Shown here: piece by piece, positions 18,742-28,668 of the stretch
Position numbering within the stretch: position 1 is the first letter of the stretch
Layout of the letters: every line of letters starts with the position of its first letter
Assembly (NCBI GenBank): GCA_039801725.1
Contig: JBDRVE010000005.1
Location: forward strand, 3,370 to 67,369
Length of the DNA stretch: 64,000 nt
Direction of reading: 5' to 3'
Source: a candidate division WOR-3 bacterium
GTDB taxonomy: Bacteria > Hydrothermota > Tepidihabitantia > Tepidihabitantales > DTDR01
The notes under the pieces: generated by a model
Databases searched by the model: none
Seen by the model: only the letters and a program-made list of their open reading frames with translations
What the model was told of the DNA's origin: nothing
Program-made: the position numbers and the translations under genes

Positions 18742-21176
18742 ATTTTCGAGAGATTGAAGAAAAATGGCAAAAAATATGGGAAGAGAAAAAGGTATTTAAA
18801 ACTAAAAGAGAGGGAAAGAAATATTACTGTTTAGTAATGTTTCCCTATCCTTCGGGTGATTTACATATGGGTCATGTGAAAAATTATGTGATTGGCGATG
18901 TCATTGCTCGCTATAAAAGGCAAATGGGTTATAATGTCTTACACCCTTTTGGTTGGGATGCCTTTGGTCTGCCAGCAGAAAATGCGGCAATTCTTCATGG
19001 TATTCACCCTTGGGAATGGACAAAAGAAAATATCGATATTTCCCGAAAACATTTGAAGATGATGGGTATCGGCTATGATTGGGAAAGGGAGATAATGACC
19101 TGTGATGAGAGATATTATAAGTGGAATCAATATTTCTTTATTAAATTTTATGAAAATGGTCTAGCCTATCGAAAAAAGGCATATGTTAATTGGTGTCCCG
19201 GTTGTCAGACGGTACTGGCTAATGAACAAGTAGTTGATGGAAGATGTTATCGTAAGACCTGTCAGAGTATAATTGAGAAAAAAGAATTGGAACAGTGGTT
19301 TTTTAAGATTACTGCTTATGCTGAAAGGCTTTTACAAGATTTAGATAAATTAGATTGGCCGGAAAATGTAAAGATAATGCAGAGAAATTGGATTGGTAAA
19401 AGTGAAGGGGTAGAAGTAGATTTTCCAATTGAAGGCGGAGGATATTTAAGAATTTTTACAACTCGACCGGACACTCTCTTTGGAGTCACTTTTATGGCAA
19501 TCGCTCCTGAGGCAGAGATTTTAGAAGAAGTAATTAAAGGAACTGGTAAGGAGGAAGAGGTTTATCAGTTTAAAAAAGAGGTTTTAAGAATTTCCGAAAT
19601 TGAGAGAACGGCGATTGGTAGAGAAAAAAGAGGGGTCTTTATTAACAAATATGCGATAAATCCATTAACAAACGAGAAAATACCAATTTTTGTTGCTGAT
19701 TATGTGTTAGCAACTTATGGTACTGGTGCGATTATGGCAGTTCCGGCTCACGACCAGAGAGATTTTGAATTTGCTAAAAAATATGGTTTGCCCATCAAGG
19801 TGGTAATCAATCCTTATGGAGAAGAATTAAAACCGGAAAATATGGAAAAGGCTTTTGAAGAAGAAGGGGTGATGGTAAATTCCGGTATCTTTACTGGTTT
19901 ATCTTCAAAAGATGGGATAGAGAGAATAACTAAATTTTTAGAAGAAAAAGGAATTGGGAGAAGAAAAATAAATTATCGATTAAAAGATTGGTTAATCTCT
20001 CGCCAAAGATATTGGGGAACACCAATTCCAATGATTCATTGTGATAATTGTGGAATTATTCCGGAGAAAGAAGAAAACTTACCAGTTGTTTTACCAAAGG
20101 ATGTAAAAGATTATTTACCGAAAGGAAAATCGGTCCTTGCCGGAATCGAAGAGTTTATCAATACCACCTGTCCCAAATGTGGCCAAAAAGCAAAAAGAGA
20201 TCCAGATACGATGGATACCTTTGTTGATTCATCTTGGTATTTTTTAAGATACCTTGACCCTCATAATAATGAAAAACCTTTTACCTATGAAGACACAAAA
20301 TATTGGTTACCAATAGATAAATATATCGGTGGTATTGAACATGCTACCGGTCATTTAATTTATTTCCGATTTTTCACTAAGGTTTTATATGATTTAGGTT
20401 TTTGTGCTTATGATGAGCCCTGTGCTTCTCTTTTTACTCAAGGAATGGTTCTATATAAAGGAAAAGTGATGTCATCTTCCCAAAGGCATGGTGTTTGGGT
20501 TGGCGATTTTCTAAAAGAGTATAGCGCTGATATTGCTCGTTTGACAATTCTTTTTGCTGCGCCACCCGAAAAAGATATGGAATGGTCAGAAGAGATTGTT
20601 AGTGGTGTGAAAAGATTTTTGGAAAGAGTTTGGCGACTTTATGAGATAAATGGTTTCAAAGTCTTAGATAAAAAACCACAAATCAAAAATGAAAAAGATA
20701 AATATCTCTATATAAGGTTAAACCAAACAATTAAAAAAGTTATTGAAGATATGGAGAGTTTTCAATTCAATACCGCAATTGCTTCTCTAATGGAATTTCT
20801 TAATGATTTATATAAGTTTGAAGAGAAGAGCGAAGTATATTGTTATTCTCTTTATATCTTTTATCAATTACTTTCACCTTTTGCTTCTCATATTGCCGAA
20901 GAGATTAATGAGCGATGTGGTTTTAAAAATCTTTTAGTAGAAAGTAGATTTCCCAATTATGATAAAGAAGCGATCTATTTTGAAAAAATAGAAATTCCGA
21001 TTCAGATTAATGGTAAGATAAGAGCAAAAATAGAAGTTTTAAGAAATGAAAAAGAAGAGCGGATAAAAGAATTGGCATTAGAAAATGAAAGAATAAAAGA
21101 ATTGCTAAAGGGAAAAGAAATTGTAAGAATTATTTATGTTCCTAATAAATTGATAAATATCGTAGTTAAAGAATAA
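18738..21176 (+). CDS. leuS: leucyl-tRNA synthetase
   Basis: HIGH motif context PYPSGDLHMGHVKNYVIGDVIARYKRQMGYNVLHPFGWDAFGLPAENAAI, CP1 editing domain, anticodon-binding C-terminus; the KMSKS position reads VMSSS. Confidence 0.92.
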   Translation: MNFREIEEKWQKIWEEKKVFKTKREGKKYYCLVMFPYPSGDLHMGHVKNYVIGDVIARYKRQMGYNVLHPFGWDAFGLPAENAAILHGIHPWEWTKENIDISRKHLKMMGIGYDWEREIMTCDERYYKWNQYFFIKFYENGLAYRKKAYVNWCPGCQTVLANEQVVDGRCYRKTCQSIIEKKELEQWFFKITAYAERLLQDLDKLDWPENVKIMQRNWIGKSEGVEVDFPIEGGGYLRIFTTRPDTLFGVTFMAIAPEAEILEEVIKGTGKEEEVYQFKKEVLRISEIERTAIGREKRGVFINKYAINPLTNEKIPIFVADYVLATYGTGAIMAVPAHDQRDFEFAKKYGLPIKVVINPYGEELKPENMEKAFEEEGVMVNSGIFTGLSSKDGIERITKFLEEKGIGRRKINYRLKDWLISRQRYWGTPIPMIHCDNCGIIPEKEENLPVVLPKDVKDYLPKGKSVLAGIEEFINTTCPKCGQKAKRDPDTMDTFVDSSWYFLRYLDPHNNEKPFTYEDTKYWLPIDKYIGGIEHATGHLIYFRFFTKVLYDLGFCAYDEPCASLFTQGMVLYKGKVMSSSQRHGVWVGDFLKEYSADIARLTILFAAPPEKDMEWSEEIVSGVKRFLERVWRLYEINGFKVLDKKPQIKNEKDKYLYIRLNQTIKKVIEDMESFQFNTAIASLMEFLNDLYKFEEKSEVYCYSLYIFYQLLSPFASHIAEEINERCGFKNLLVESRFPNYDKEAIYFEKIEIPIQINGKIRAKIEVLRNEKEERIKELALENERIKELLKGKEIVRIIYVPNKLINIVVKE

Positions 21177-21177
21177 A

Positions 21178-21564
21178 ATGCGGGCTCTTATTTTTATTCT
21201 TTTAGGAATTCTTATTTTCCTTTTGGTTTACTTTTACATCAATTATCGGGAATTTTTTTCTCAAATAAATAAAGAAGAGATAAGCGCTGAGATGTTAAGC
21301 AAAAAGGTTATTGAACTTTATGAGGCAAAATTAAATCGTTTAAAATTAAAAGTTGATTCTTTGGAAAATTTGGCTAAATTAAAGAGAAGGCCGATGCCAG
21401 AAGAGATAAAATTATTAAAGGAAGAAATTAAAAAGGGAGAAGAACTTTTAGAAGAATTAAAAAGGGCAAAAGAAGAGAAAAGAAATGAATTATATCATCT
21501 TTGCACGGAAGTTTATCAAAATGCCAAAGGTAGATGCGAAATTTTAAGAGAGAAAGTAAAATAG
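21178..21564 (+). CDS. hypothetical membrane-anchored coiled-coil protein
   Basis: N-terminal TM helix then charged coiled-coil; ORF only. Confidence 0.4.
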   Translation: MRALIFILLGILIFLLVYFYINYREFFSQINKEEISAEMLSKKVIELYEAKLNRLKLKVDSLENLAKLKRRPMPEEIKLLKEEIKKGEELLEELKRAKEEKRNELYHLCTEVYQNAKGRCEILREKVK

Positions 21565-21567
21565 AAA

Positions 21568-22392
21568 ATGTTAAAAAGAAATTTAGAGGTTGTTTATTAT
21601 GAATTTGTTAAGTTAACAAAAATCTGGCTAAGTTATCCGATTATCTTTCTTTTCTTTACTATCTTTCCTTTGATTTGGGTTTTACCTTTTATCTTTCAAG
21701 GAAAGGCATTAGTTGGTAGTTTCTCTTCTGTCCCTTTTAAAGAATTAACCGGTAGCGGAAATTATTTGGCTTTTTTGCTTCTTGGTTCAATTGTTTCTAC
21801 TTATGTTTTTTCTGGTCTTTGGGGAGTTGGCAATTCTTTAAGAGAAGAGACTTATTGGGGAACTTTAGAATATCTAATTTTATCCCCAACTAATCCCTTG
21901 GTTATTCTTATTGGCAAGACTTTAACCGAATTTGTATATGCGACAATTACTGTTATTATTCAAGCCTTAATTATTGTTTTAATTTTAGGAGCGAAAGTTA
22001 CTTTTGTGAAACTATTACCAATAATTTTGATAATTCTTTTACTCCTTATTGGTTTTTATGGTTTTGCTATTGCCTTTGCTGGCTTTACTTTGTTATTAAA
22101 AGAGGTAGAAGGTTGGATTAGAACATTGGAGTGGATATTTTATCTTTTCTCACCAATTCGGTATCCGGTGGAGATAAATCCGATAACAAAATTTATTGCC
22201 AGTTTTATTCCTTTAACCTATGCTTTGTTAGCAATTCGGGCAATTATTTTGTTAAATAAAAATATTTATTCCCTTTCTAAAATTCTTCTAATTTTAGGAG
22301 TTATTGATGTTATTTTAATTGTTTTGGCTATTTTCTTGTTTAGATTTTTAGAAAAAAAGACAAGAGAATTGGGAACGATTGGTGGTTATTAA
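21568..22392 (+). CDS. ABC-2 type transporter permease (putative)
   Basis: Six predicted TM helices, about 274 aa, with the ABC-2 pattern; a paralog lies next door; no ATPase adjacent. Confidence 0.5.
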   Translation: MLKRNLEVVYYEFVKLTKIWLSYPIIFLFFTIFPLIWVLPFIFQGKALVGSFSSVPFKELTGSGNYLAFLLLGSIVSTYVFSGLWGVGNSLREETYWGTLEYLILSPTNPLVILIGKTLTEFVYATITVIIQALIIVLILGAKVTFVKLLPIILIILLLLIGFYGFAIAFAGFTLLLKEVEGWIRTLEWIFYLFSPIRYPVEINPITKFIASFIPLTYALLAIRAIILLNKNIYSLSKILLILGVIDVILIVLAIFLFRFLEKKTRELGTIGGY

Positions 22393-22395
22393 AAT

Positions 22396-23223
22396 ATGAT
22401 AAAAAAATATCTTAGAGCAATCTGGGCAGAAAATATAAAAGAATGGAAAATTGAATTATCTTATAAAGCAGATTTTTTAAGAACCTTTATTGACCCAATT
22501 GTATATCTTTTGCCTTATTTGCTTTATGGAATAGCAATTGTGGGTGGTCGGGAATCTCAAGAATTGAAAAGGTTAACGGGAATGGGCGATATTGTCAGTT
22601 TTATTCTGCTTGGTTATATTTTTATTGGTTTTATGAATATGGCACTATGGGCAATGGGATTTTCTTTGAGAAAAGAACAGTATTACGGAACCTTAGAACA
22701 AGTCTTTTCAACACCGGTTCCGAGATGGGTTTTTACTTTAGGAATGGCACTCCATTCAACCCTTCATCAAACATTAATTTTAGTATTTCAAATAATAATT
22801 ATCAATTTCATCTTTACTTTACGTTTTAATATTTCGGGGATTTTACCTTCTTTGATTGTTATTGCCTTGATGATTTTATCTTTATATGGTTTTGGGATGA
22901 TGATTGCTGGTTTAACATTAACTTTAAAACAGGGTTGGCTGGTATCCGAAGCCCTTTCGGGAATAATGATGGTGATTACACCAATCGCCTATCCCTTAGC
23001 AGTCTTACCCATTTTTCTAAGAAAGGCATCTTTTTTTATTCCTTCTACTTATGGTATCATTGCCACAAGACACTTTCTTTTAAATGAAAGATTAGAGATT
23101 CCTTTAACAGCAATCTATTTTAGGCTATTTTTATTAACAATTGTTTGGATTAGTTTTGGATTAATCGTTTTTTATCTCATTGATAAAAAAACAAGAAAAG
23201 CAGGGACATTACATACTTATTGA
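22396..23223 (+). CDS. ABC-2 type transporter permease (putative), paralog of the upstream gene
   Basis: Similar length and TM topology; shared YYGTLE motif with the upstream gene. Confidence 0.5.
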   Translation: MIKKYLRAIWAENIKEWKIELSYKADFLRTFIDPIVYLLPYLLYGIAIVGGRESQELKRLTGMGDIVSFILLGYIFIGFMNMALWAMGFSLRKEQYYGTLEQVFSTPVPRWVFTLGMALHSTLHQTLILVFQIIIINFIFTLRFNISGILPSLIVIALMILSLYGFGMMIAGLTLTLKQGWLVSEALSGIMMVITPIAYPLAVLPIFLRKASFFIPSTYGIIATRHFLLNERLEIPLTAIYFRLFLLTIVWISFGLIVFYLIDKKTRKAGTLHTY

Positions 23224-23281
23224 CATTTTTTAAATTTTTAATAAGATTTTCATTATTATGAATTATAATTAAGGAGGAAAA

Positions 23282-23965
23282 ATGAAGAAACTAACAGTGT
23301 TTATTTTTTTAATCTTTTTAAGCTGTACTTTGTTTAAAAAAGAAGAAGAACCAATGCCCTTAGCGGTTGATAACTGGTGGGCATATCAAATTACTACCCA
23401 AACTATGCTTTCGCCGAAAGGTTTAAAATCTCATCTTTTTCAAAGACTTTCTAAATCACCGGCAACTTATATTGATACTTTAAAGATTGTTGGCAAACAA
23501 ACGATAGAAGGGGTTGATGGTTATGTTGTTTTCTCCTCGTATGATAACGATACCGCTGGAATTTACTATTATAAAAATGATTATTTATGGTTCTATTATC
23601 CAGAAGATGCTATCAGCGAAAAAGTATTTCCTGAAAAGCCAAAAATTGGTGATAATTGGGTTGGTTATGAAGAAAAAACTGAAGAATGGGACTTCGATGG
23701 AGATGGAATAAATGATTCTATGTCAATAAAGACTGAGTACACAATTATTACCAAAGAGAATGTGAGTGTTTTAGCCGGCAGTTTTAAAGACTGTTATCGG
23801 ACTCAGATGACTGCTACCGGTAAATTATGGTATTCTTCTACCAATCAATGGCAGACTATTATGACTTTAAGTGGCAATGTTTGGGTAAAAACGGGAGTTG
23901 GGTTTGTAAAATTAGAAATTACTGGTTACGTAACTGAGGAATTAATGGCATATAAAGTAAAATAA
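23282..23965 (+). CDS. hypothetical lipoprotein
   Basis: Signal peptide with LSC lipobox; AAGGAGG RBS; has a decayed paralog at 54578-55199. Confidence 0.55.
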   Translation: MKKLTVFIFLIFLSCTLFKKEEEPMPLAVDNWWAYQITTQTMLSPKGLKSHLFQRLSKSPATYIDTLKIVGKQTIEGVDGYVVFSSYDNDTAGIYYYKNDYLWFYYPEDAISEKVFPEKPKIGDNWVGYEEKTEEWDFDGDGINDSMSIKTEYTIITKENVSVLAGSFKDCYRTQMTATGKLWYSSTNQWQTIMTLSGNVWVKTGVGFVKLEITGYVTEELMAYKVK

Positions 23966-24889
23966 TTGCTTTTAATAACCTTAGGAGAAATATCCGGAAT
24001 TGGACCGGAAATAGTTTTAAAGGCGATAAGACATTTTTCGCCAGATAAAATAAAAATAATTGGCTCACAAGGAGTTTTAGAGAAGACCAGAAAGAAATTA
24101 AAATTAGAAATTGATTACCAACCTTATCTTTTAGAGTTATTAAAAGATATTGATTTCCAATTTGGCAAACCAACAAAAGAGACTGCTTATTATGCTTTAA
24201 ATTCCTTAGAAACGGCTATTTCTTTAATTAAAGAAAAGAAATTCTTTGGGATTATAACTGCACCCATATCAAAAGAAAATTTAAAGAAGATTGATTTTAA
24301 ATATCCCGGTCATACCGAATTTTTTGCGGAAAATTTTAATATTAAAAATTATTGCCTTCTTGCCTATACCAAATATTTTAAGGTTGCCTTTGTTACCCTT
24401 CATTTACCATTAGCAAAAGTTAAAAAAGAATTAACTTCTGAAAAAATTTATCAAACCAGTTTATTATTATACCAATTTCTTTCTAAGATTGAAGGAATAA
24501 AAAAGCCAAAGATTCTTTTCTTCTCCTTTAATCCCCATCTTTTTGAATTCAGTTTAGGAGAAGAAAAGATAATAAAAAAAGCAATAAAAAGACTTAGCCT
24601 ATTTCCTGGTTATTATGATATAAAGCCAGCCGATACTTTACCTTATCTTTTAGGAAATTACGATGGCTATGTTGCTTTATACCATGACCAAGGAATGATA
24701 CCGGCAAAACTATTAAGCGAAGGAAAAGGAGTTAATATCACCTTGGGATTACCTTTTATCAGGACTTCGCCTTTACACGGAGTAGGTTTTGATATCGCCG
24801 GTAAAAATCAGGCAGACGAGAAAAGTATGATAATGGCAATAAGACTTGCCTTAAAATGGTATAAGAAATTTTATTTTTATAAAAATTAA
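23966..24889 (+). CDS. pdxA: 4-hydroxythreonine-4-phosphate dehydrogenase PdxA family
   Basis: PGHTEF and TSPLHGVGFDIAGKNQADEKSM match PdxA metal-binding motifs. Confidence 0.8.
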   Translation: MLLITLGEISGIGPEIVLKAIRHFSPDKIKIIGSQGVLEKTRKKLKLEIDYQPYLLELLKDIDFQFGKPTKETAYYALNSLETAISLIKEKKFFGIITAPISKENLKKIDFKYPGHTEFFAENFNIKNYCLLAYTKYFKVAFVTLHLPLAKVKKELTSEKIYQTSLLLYQFLSKIEGIKKPKILFFSFNPHLFEFSLGEEKIIKKAIKRLSLFPGYYDIKPADTLPYLLGNYDGYVALYHDQGMIPAKLLSEGKGVNITLGLPFIRTSPLHGVGFDIAGKNQADEKSMIMAIRLALKWYKKFYFYKN

Positions 24890-25017
24890 TACTTTAAAAT
24901 CAGTAAAAATTAATTTCCAAGAATCTTTAAAGACAATATAGCAGATAGTACTTATCTAAAAAGTTGAATTTAATTAAGTTTTAAATTTCAACAACTTATA
25001 GAAAGTTTAAAAGATTA

Positions 25018-25045
25018 TTGACTTAATGAGTTTTGGCATTATAAT
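25018..25045 (+). promoter_or_regulatory. promoter TTGACT-N16-TATAAT ending 6 nt before the ATG (leaderless architecture)
   Basis: TTGACT at 25018-25023, TATAAT at 25040-25045, ATG at 25052. Confidence 0.55.
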
Positions 25046-25051
25046 TAGGTA

Positions 25052-27445
25052 ATGTTGTTTTTCTTTCTCTTTCTTTTACAACTAAAAGATACAATAATTC
25101 CTGAAAGATATTATTATTTAGGACCTTTTTTAGTTGCGCCTCGAGAAGGGATTAGCGGAATAAAAGAAGAGAATTTCTATTTTGGCATTGATACAACTCA
25201 AAATTTCCCAACAAGTTTAGCCCAAGGAGGTTATACAAGTTGGCAATCAACAGTTTCTGATAGCCAAGGAAATGTAAAGTTTTCTTTTGATAATGTCCTT
25301 TGGGATACTTTAATCCAGTTTTATGGTTTTAGTGTTGTTTTAAATCTTACCTATGCCTATACCGAAATTGAAATGGAAGAAGATAAGATAATGCTTGTGA
25401 TGGCAGAAAGGGTTGGTAGTTTTTTTGTTAATGGTAAAGGTTATGTGGGTGATGCCTACGGCCATAACTTTTTTAGAATACCAGTAAAATTTAAAAAAGG
25501 TAAGAATTCAATCTTATTAAAAGTAAGTGGTTATGGTGAAAGGAGTTTTAGATTTATTATCTTCCAACCAAAAAATAAGGTTATCCTTATCAAAGAGGAT
25601 ATAACAAAACCAGATATTTTAAAAGAGAGAGAAGAGCAAAGGCTTATTTTAGGAATACCTTTTTTAAATACTACCGAAGAGAAGGTTAATTTCAAATTAA
25701 AATTTTATCTCCAAGATGAGTTATTAAAAGAAGAGAATAAATATTTAATGCCCTTTGCGATTACCAAATTCCCAATAGAATTAAAAATAAATAATAAAAA
25801 ATTAAACCTTAATGATTCAATTGTTTATATTTCTCTTTTGGTTGAAACAAAAGATGAGAAAGTAAGGGATTCTTTTAAAATCTATATCACTTCCGAAACC
25901 TTGCCCCATTCGGTAACTTTCATCTCCCAAATTGATTCTTCCTGCCAATATTTCGCTATCTTCTATCCAAATAATTTCGATAAAAATAAAAGATACGGTT
26001 TAATCTATTCATTACACGGAGCGGGTGTTGAAGCAATTGGTCTTTGTAAAGTTTATTCTAAAAAGGATTTTGCCTTTGTTGCCTGTCCGACAAATAGAAG
26101 ACCCTTTGGTTTTGATTGGGAAGACTGGGGATATTTAGATTGTAAAGAGGTTTTAGAATATATAATAAAAAATTATCCCATTGATACAAATCGGATATAT
26201 TTAACTGGTCATTCCATGGGTGGGCATGGTTGTTGGGTATTTGGGTTATTAAATCCTTCTCTCTTTGCCGCAATCGCTCCGGGTGCTGGTTGGATTTCCC
26301 ATCAATCTTATGTTCCTTGGCTTTTCCAAAAAAGTTTAATATATGCTGACCCAGAGATAATTGCTTTAAGGGATAAAATCTTAAAGACCTATCAGACAAT
26401 CCATTACTTAGAAAATGCTCATTCTTTACCAATATTTATCTTTCATGGTTCCTTAGATGATAATGTACCACCTCTTTTTGGTCGGATGTTTAATTTTGAG
26501 TTAGAAAGATTAGGTTTTAAAAAGATATACAAAGAAGTTCCTAATGTAAAACATTGGTATACTTTACCGGATACCAATATTGTCTGTGTTGACGACCCAG
26601 ATATCATCAATTTCTTTAAAGAAAACGAAAGGGAACCTTTTCCCAAAAAGATTGGTTTTAAAACCTATGATTTAGATATTAGTAATAAAAATTATTGGTT
26701 AGAAGTTTTAGAAGAGGAAGAATTTGGCAGGGAGATAAAAGTTTCTTGTGAAATAAAAAACGAAACCATATTTATAAATACAAGTAATGTTAAAGTTTTG
26801 AAAATCTATCTAATTCCGGAATTAAAAGGGAAAGGAAAAATATATATTAAGATTGACGAGAATATTTTAAAATCTTCCACTTTTTCACCTATTTATTTAG
26901 TCAAGAATAAAAAATGGCAAATAAAGAAAAGTTTAAGATTAGAAAGGAAACATTTAAGAACAATGAAAAAGGCATATTTTTCACCTTTTATCTTAGTTTA
27001 TTCAACAAAATCAGACACTGCTTATAAAATTACTTATTCTCAAGCCTTGAGGGAAAGTTATTTATGGTACCGTTACGGCAATGGTTATTGTTTAATTTTA
27101 CCCGATACTTTAATTAATAATGAATTAGCAAAAAGTTATAATTTAATAGTTTTTGGCGATGAAAATTATAACTATCTGGCCGAGAGGTTAAAATTAAAGA
27201 AGATAAAAGAAGAAATTTTTAAGGATTTAAAACAAGAGTTTGCTTATCGGTTTATCTATTTTAATCCTTTAAATAAAGATAAATTTATTTTGGTTTCTTC
27301 CGGAACAAATTTGGAAAATCTTTCTCTTTCTACTTATTTTTCTTTATTATCTTCGGCAGTAGGGATGCCCGATTATGTTATTTTTAATTCCGAAGTAAAA
27401 GAAAAGGGGCTGGGCGGTGTTCTCAAAATGGGTTTTTTCCAATAA
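25052..27445 (+). CDS. large hypothetical protein with a central alpha/beta-hydrolase (S9/esterase-like) domain
   Basis: GHSMGGHG nucleophile elbow, downstream FHGSLDDNVP and HW acid/His contexts; N- and C-terminal regions unknown. Confidence 0.6.
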   Translation: MLFFFLFLLQLKDTIIPERYYYLGPFLVAPREGISGIKEENFYFGIDTTQNFPTSLAQGGYTSWQSTVSDSQGNVKFSFDNVLWDTLIQFYGFSVVLNLTYAYTEIEMEEDKIMLVMAERVGSFFVNGKGYVGDAYGHNFFRIPVKFKKGKNSILLKVSGYGERSFRFIIFQPKNKVILIKEDITKPDILKEREEQRLILGIPFLNTTEEKVNFKLKFYLQDELLKEENKYLMPFAITKFPIELKINNKKLNLNDSIVYISLLVETKDEKVRDSFKIYITSETLPHSVTFISQIDSSCQYFAIFYPNNFDKNKRYGLIYSLHGAGVEAIGLCKVYSKKDFAFVACPTNRRPFGFDWEDWGYLDCKEVLEYIIKNYPIDTNRIYLTGHSMGGHGCWVFGLLNPSLFAAIAPGAGWISHQSYVPWLFQKSLIYADPEIIALRDKILKTYQTIHYLENAHSLPIFIFHGSLDDNVPPLFGRMFNFELERLGFKKIYKEVPNVKHWYTLPDTNIVCVDDPDIINFFKENEREPFPKKIGFKTYDLDISNKNYWLEVLEEEEFGREIKVSCEIKNETIFINTSNVKVLKIYLIPELKGKGKIYIKIDENILKSSTFSPIYLVKNKKWQIKKSLRLERKHLRTMKKAYFSPFILVYSTKSDTAYKITYSQALRESYLWYRYGNGYCLILPDTLINNELAKSYNLIVFGDENYNYLAERLKLKKIKEEIFKDLKQEFAYRFIYFNPLNKDKFILVSSGTNLENLSLSTYFSLLSSAVGMPDYVIFNSEVKEKGLGGVLKMGFFQ

Positions 27446-27447
27446 TA

Positions 27448-27768
27448 ATGCGGGGACCTTATCCCTTGACTTTAATTCAAATTGCTTTATTAATTCATCC
27501 TAAAAGAATCGGAGTTTTTCTTATCTATAATGAGAAAAAAGAAGTGATTTATGTTGGTCGAAGTGACGAAGAGTTGGCAAAAGAGTTAAAAAAATATATT
27601 GATATGGGAAAATTTTTTTCTTACGAATATGTCGTCAGTCCTAAAGAGGGGTATCTTTTGGAATGTAAATACTTCCATAAATATAAAGATAATTCCAATT
27701 TCTTAAGGGAAGACCATCCAATTCCACCAGCGGGTATAGAGGAAAAATGTCCGGTTTGCGGATTATAA
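27448..27768 (+). CDS. hypothetical protein (106 aa) with a C-terminal CPVCG
   Basis: ORF overlapping the ispE start by 22 nt; no family recognised. Confidence 0.4.
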   Translation: MRGPYPLTLIQIALLIHPKRIGVFLIYNEKKEVIYVGRSDEELAKELKKYIDMGKFFSYEYVVSPKEGYLLECKYFHKYKDNSNFLREDHPIPPAGIEEKCPVCGL

Positions 27769-28667
27769 CACCAGCGAAAATAAATTTTGGCTTATTTGTA
27801 TTAAACAAAAGAAAAGATGGTTATCATAATATTGAAACGATTTTAATCCCAATAAATCTTTTTGATGAACTCTATTTCTTCCCATTAAAAGAAAAAAAGA
27901 TTATTATTAAAGTTTTTGGCAAGAAAATAAAAAGAGAAGATAATCTTGTTTATAAGGCAGCAAAACTATTTTTTGATACTTTCCATATCAATAAAGGGAT
28001 AAAGATTATTTTAAAGAAAAATATACCGATTGGTTGTGGTTTAGGCGGCGGTTCATCAGATGCCGGTGCTACCCTTTATTTTCTAAATAAAATCTTTGAT
28101 AAAGTTGCTAAAGAAAAAGAACTTTATAAGTTGGCAGAAAAGATAGGAATGGACGTTCCTTTTTTTATTAATCCCAAGCCCTCTTTTGCTTCTGGTCGGG
28201 GCGAAATTTTAGAAAGAATCAAAATTCCGAAATTATATTTTCTACTTTATCTACCAAAAATTGTTATCTCTACAAAATGGGCATATAACCATATCAAATT
28301 GACAAAACATAATTTTTCCCTTAAAATTTTAATATCTTTATTAAGAAAAAAATTATATAGTAAAGTATTGGAATATTTAAAAAATGATTTTCAAGATTTA
28401 ATTTGTGAAGAATATAGAGAGATAAAAAGGATTATTAAAAAAATGGAAGAGTTAAATTTAAAGCCAATATTAACGGGAAGCGGTAGTGGATTATTTATTT
28501 GGGTAAAAGATAGAAAAGAGCAGAAAAGAATAAAAGACTTATTAAAAGAAAAGGGGATAGGGGTTTTAGCAGTAGAAACTTTTCTGGGGCGTCGTCTAAT
28601 GGGCAGGACCCAGGATTTTGGATCCTGTTGTGGAGGTTCGAATCCTCCCGCCCCAGCCATTTTTTAA
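27747..28667 (+). CDS. ispE: 4-diphosphocytidyl-2-C-methyl-D-erythritol kinase; the 3' end as called reads through the tRNA-Gln gene
   Basis: N-terminal PAKINFGLFVLNKRKDGYHNIETI and GHMP motif PIGCGLGGGSSDAGA; there is no in-frame stop before the tRNA at 28585, so the last 27 codons overlap it. Confidence 0.8.
   Translation: MSGLRIITPAKINFGLFVLNKRKDGYHNIETILIPINLFDELYFFPLKEKKIIIKVFGKKIKREDNLVYKAAKLFFDTFHINKGIKIILKKNIPIGCGLGGGSSDAGATLYFLNKIFDKVAKEKELYKLAEKIGMDVPFFINPKPSFASGRGEILERIKIPKLYFLLYLPKIVISTKWAYNHIKLTKHNFSLKILISLLRKKLYSKVLEYLKNDFQDLICEEYREIKRIIKKMEELNLKPILTGSGSGLFIWVKDRKEQKRIKDLLKEKGIGVLAVETFLGRRLMGRTQDFGSCCGGSNPPAPAIF
28585..28659 (+). tRNA. tRNA-Gln (anticodon UUG)
   Basis: Manual fold: acceptor UGGGGCG/CGCCCCA (U1-A72 as in bacterial tRNA-Gln), D-arm GTCT-AATGGGCA-GGAC, anticodon arm CAGGA-TTTTGGA-TCCTG with UUG at 34-36, T-arm GGAGG-TTCGAAT-CCTCC, discriminator G, encoded CCA. 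Confidence 0.85.
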
Positions 28668-28668
28668 A

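Noticed and set aside
28618-28668. Track start (TTG at 28618) for prs
   Set aside because: It lies inside the tRNA-Gln gene; the conserved Prs N-terminus begins at the ATG at 28669
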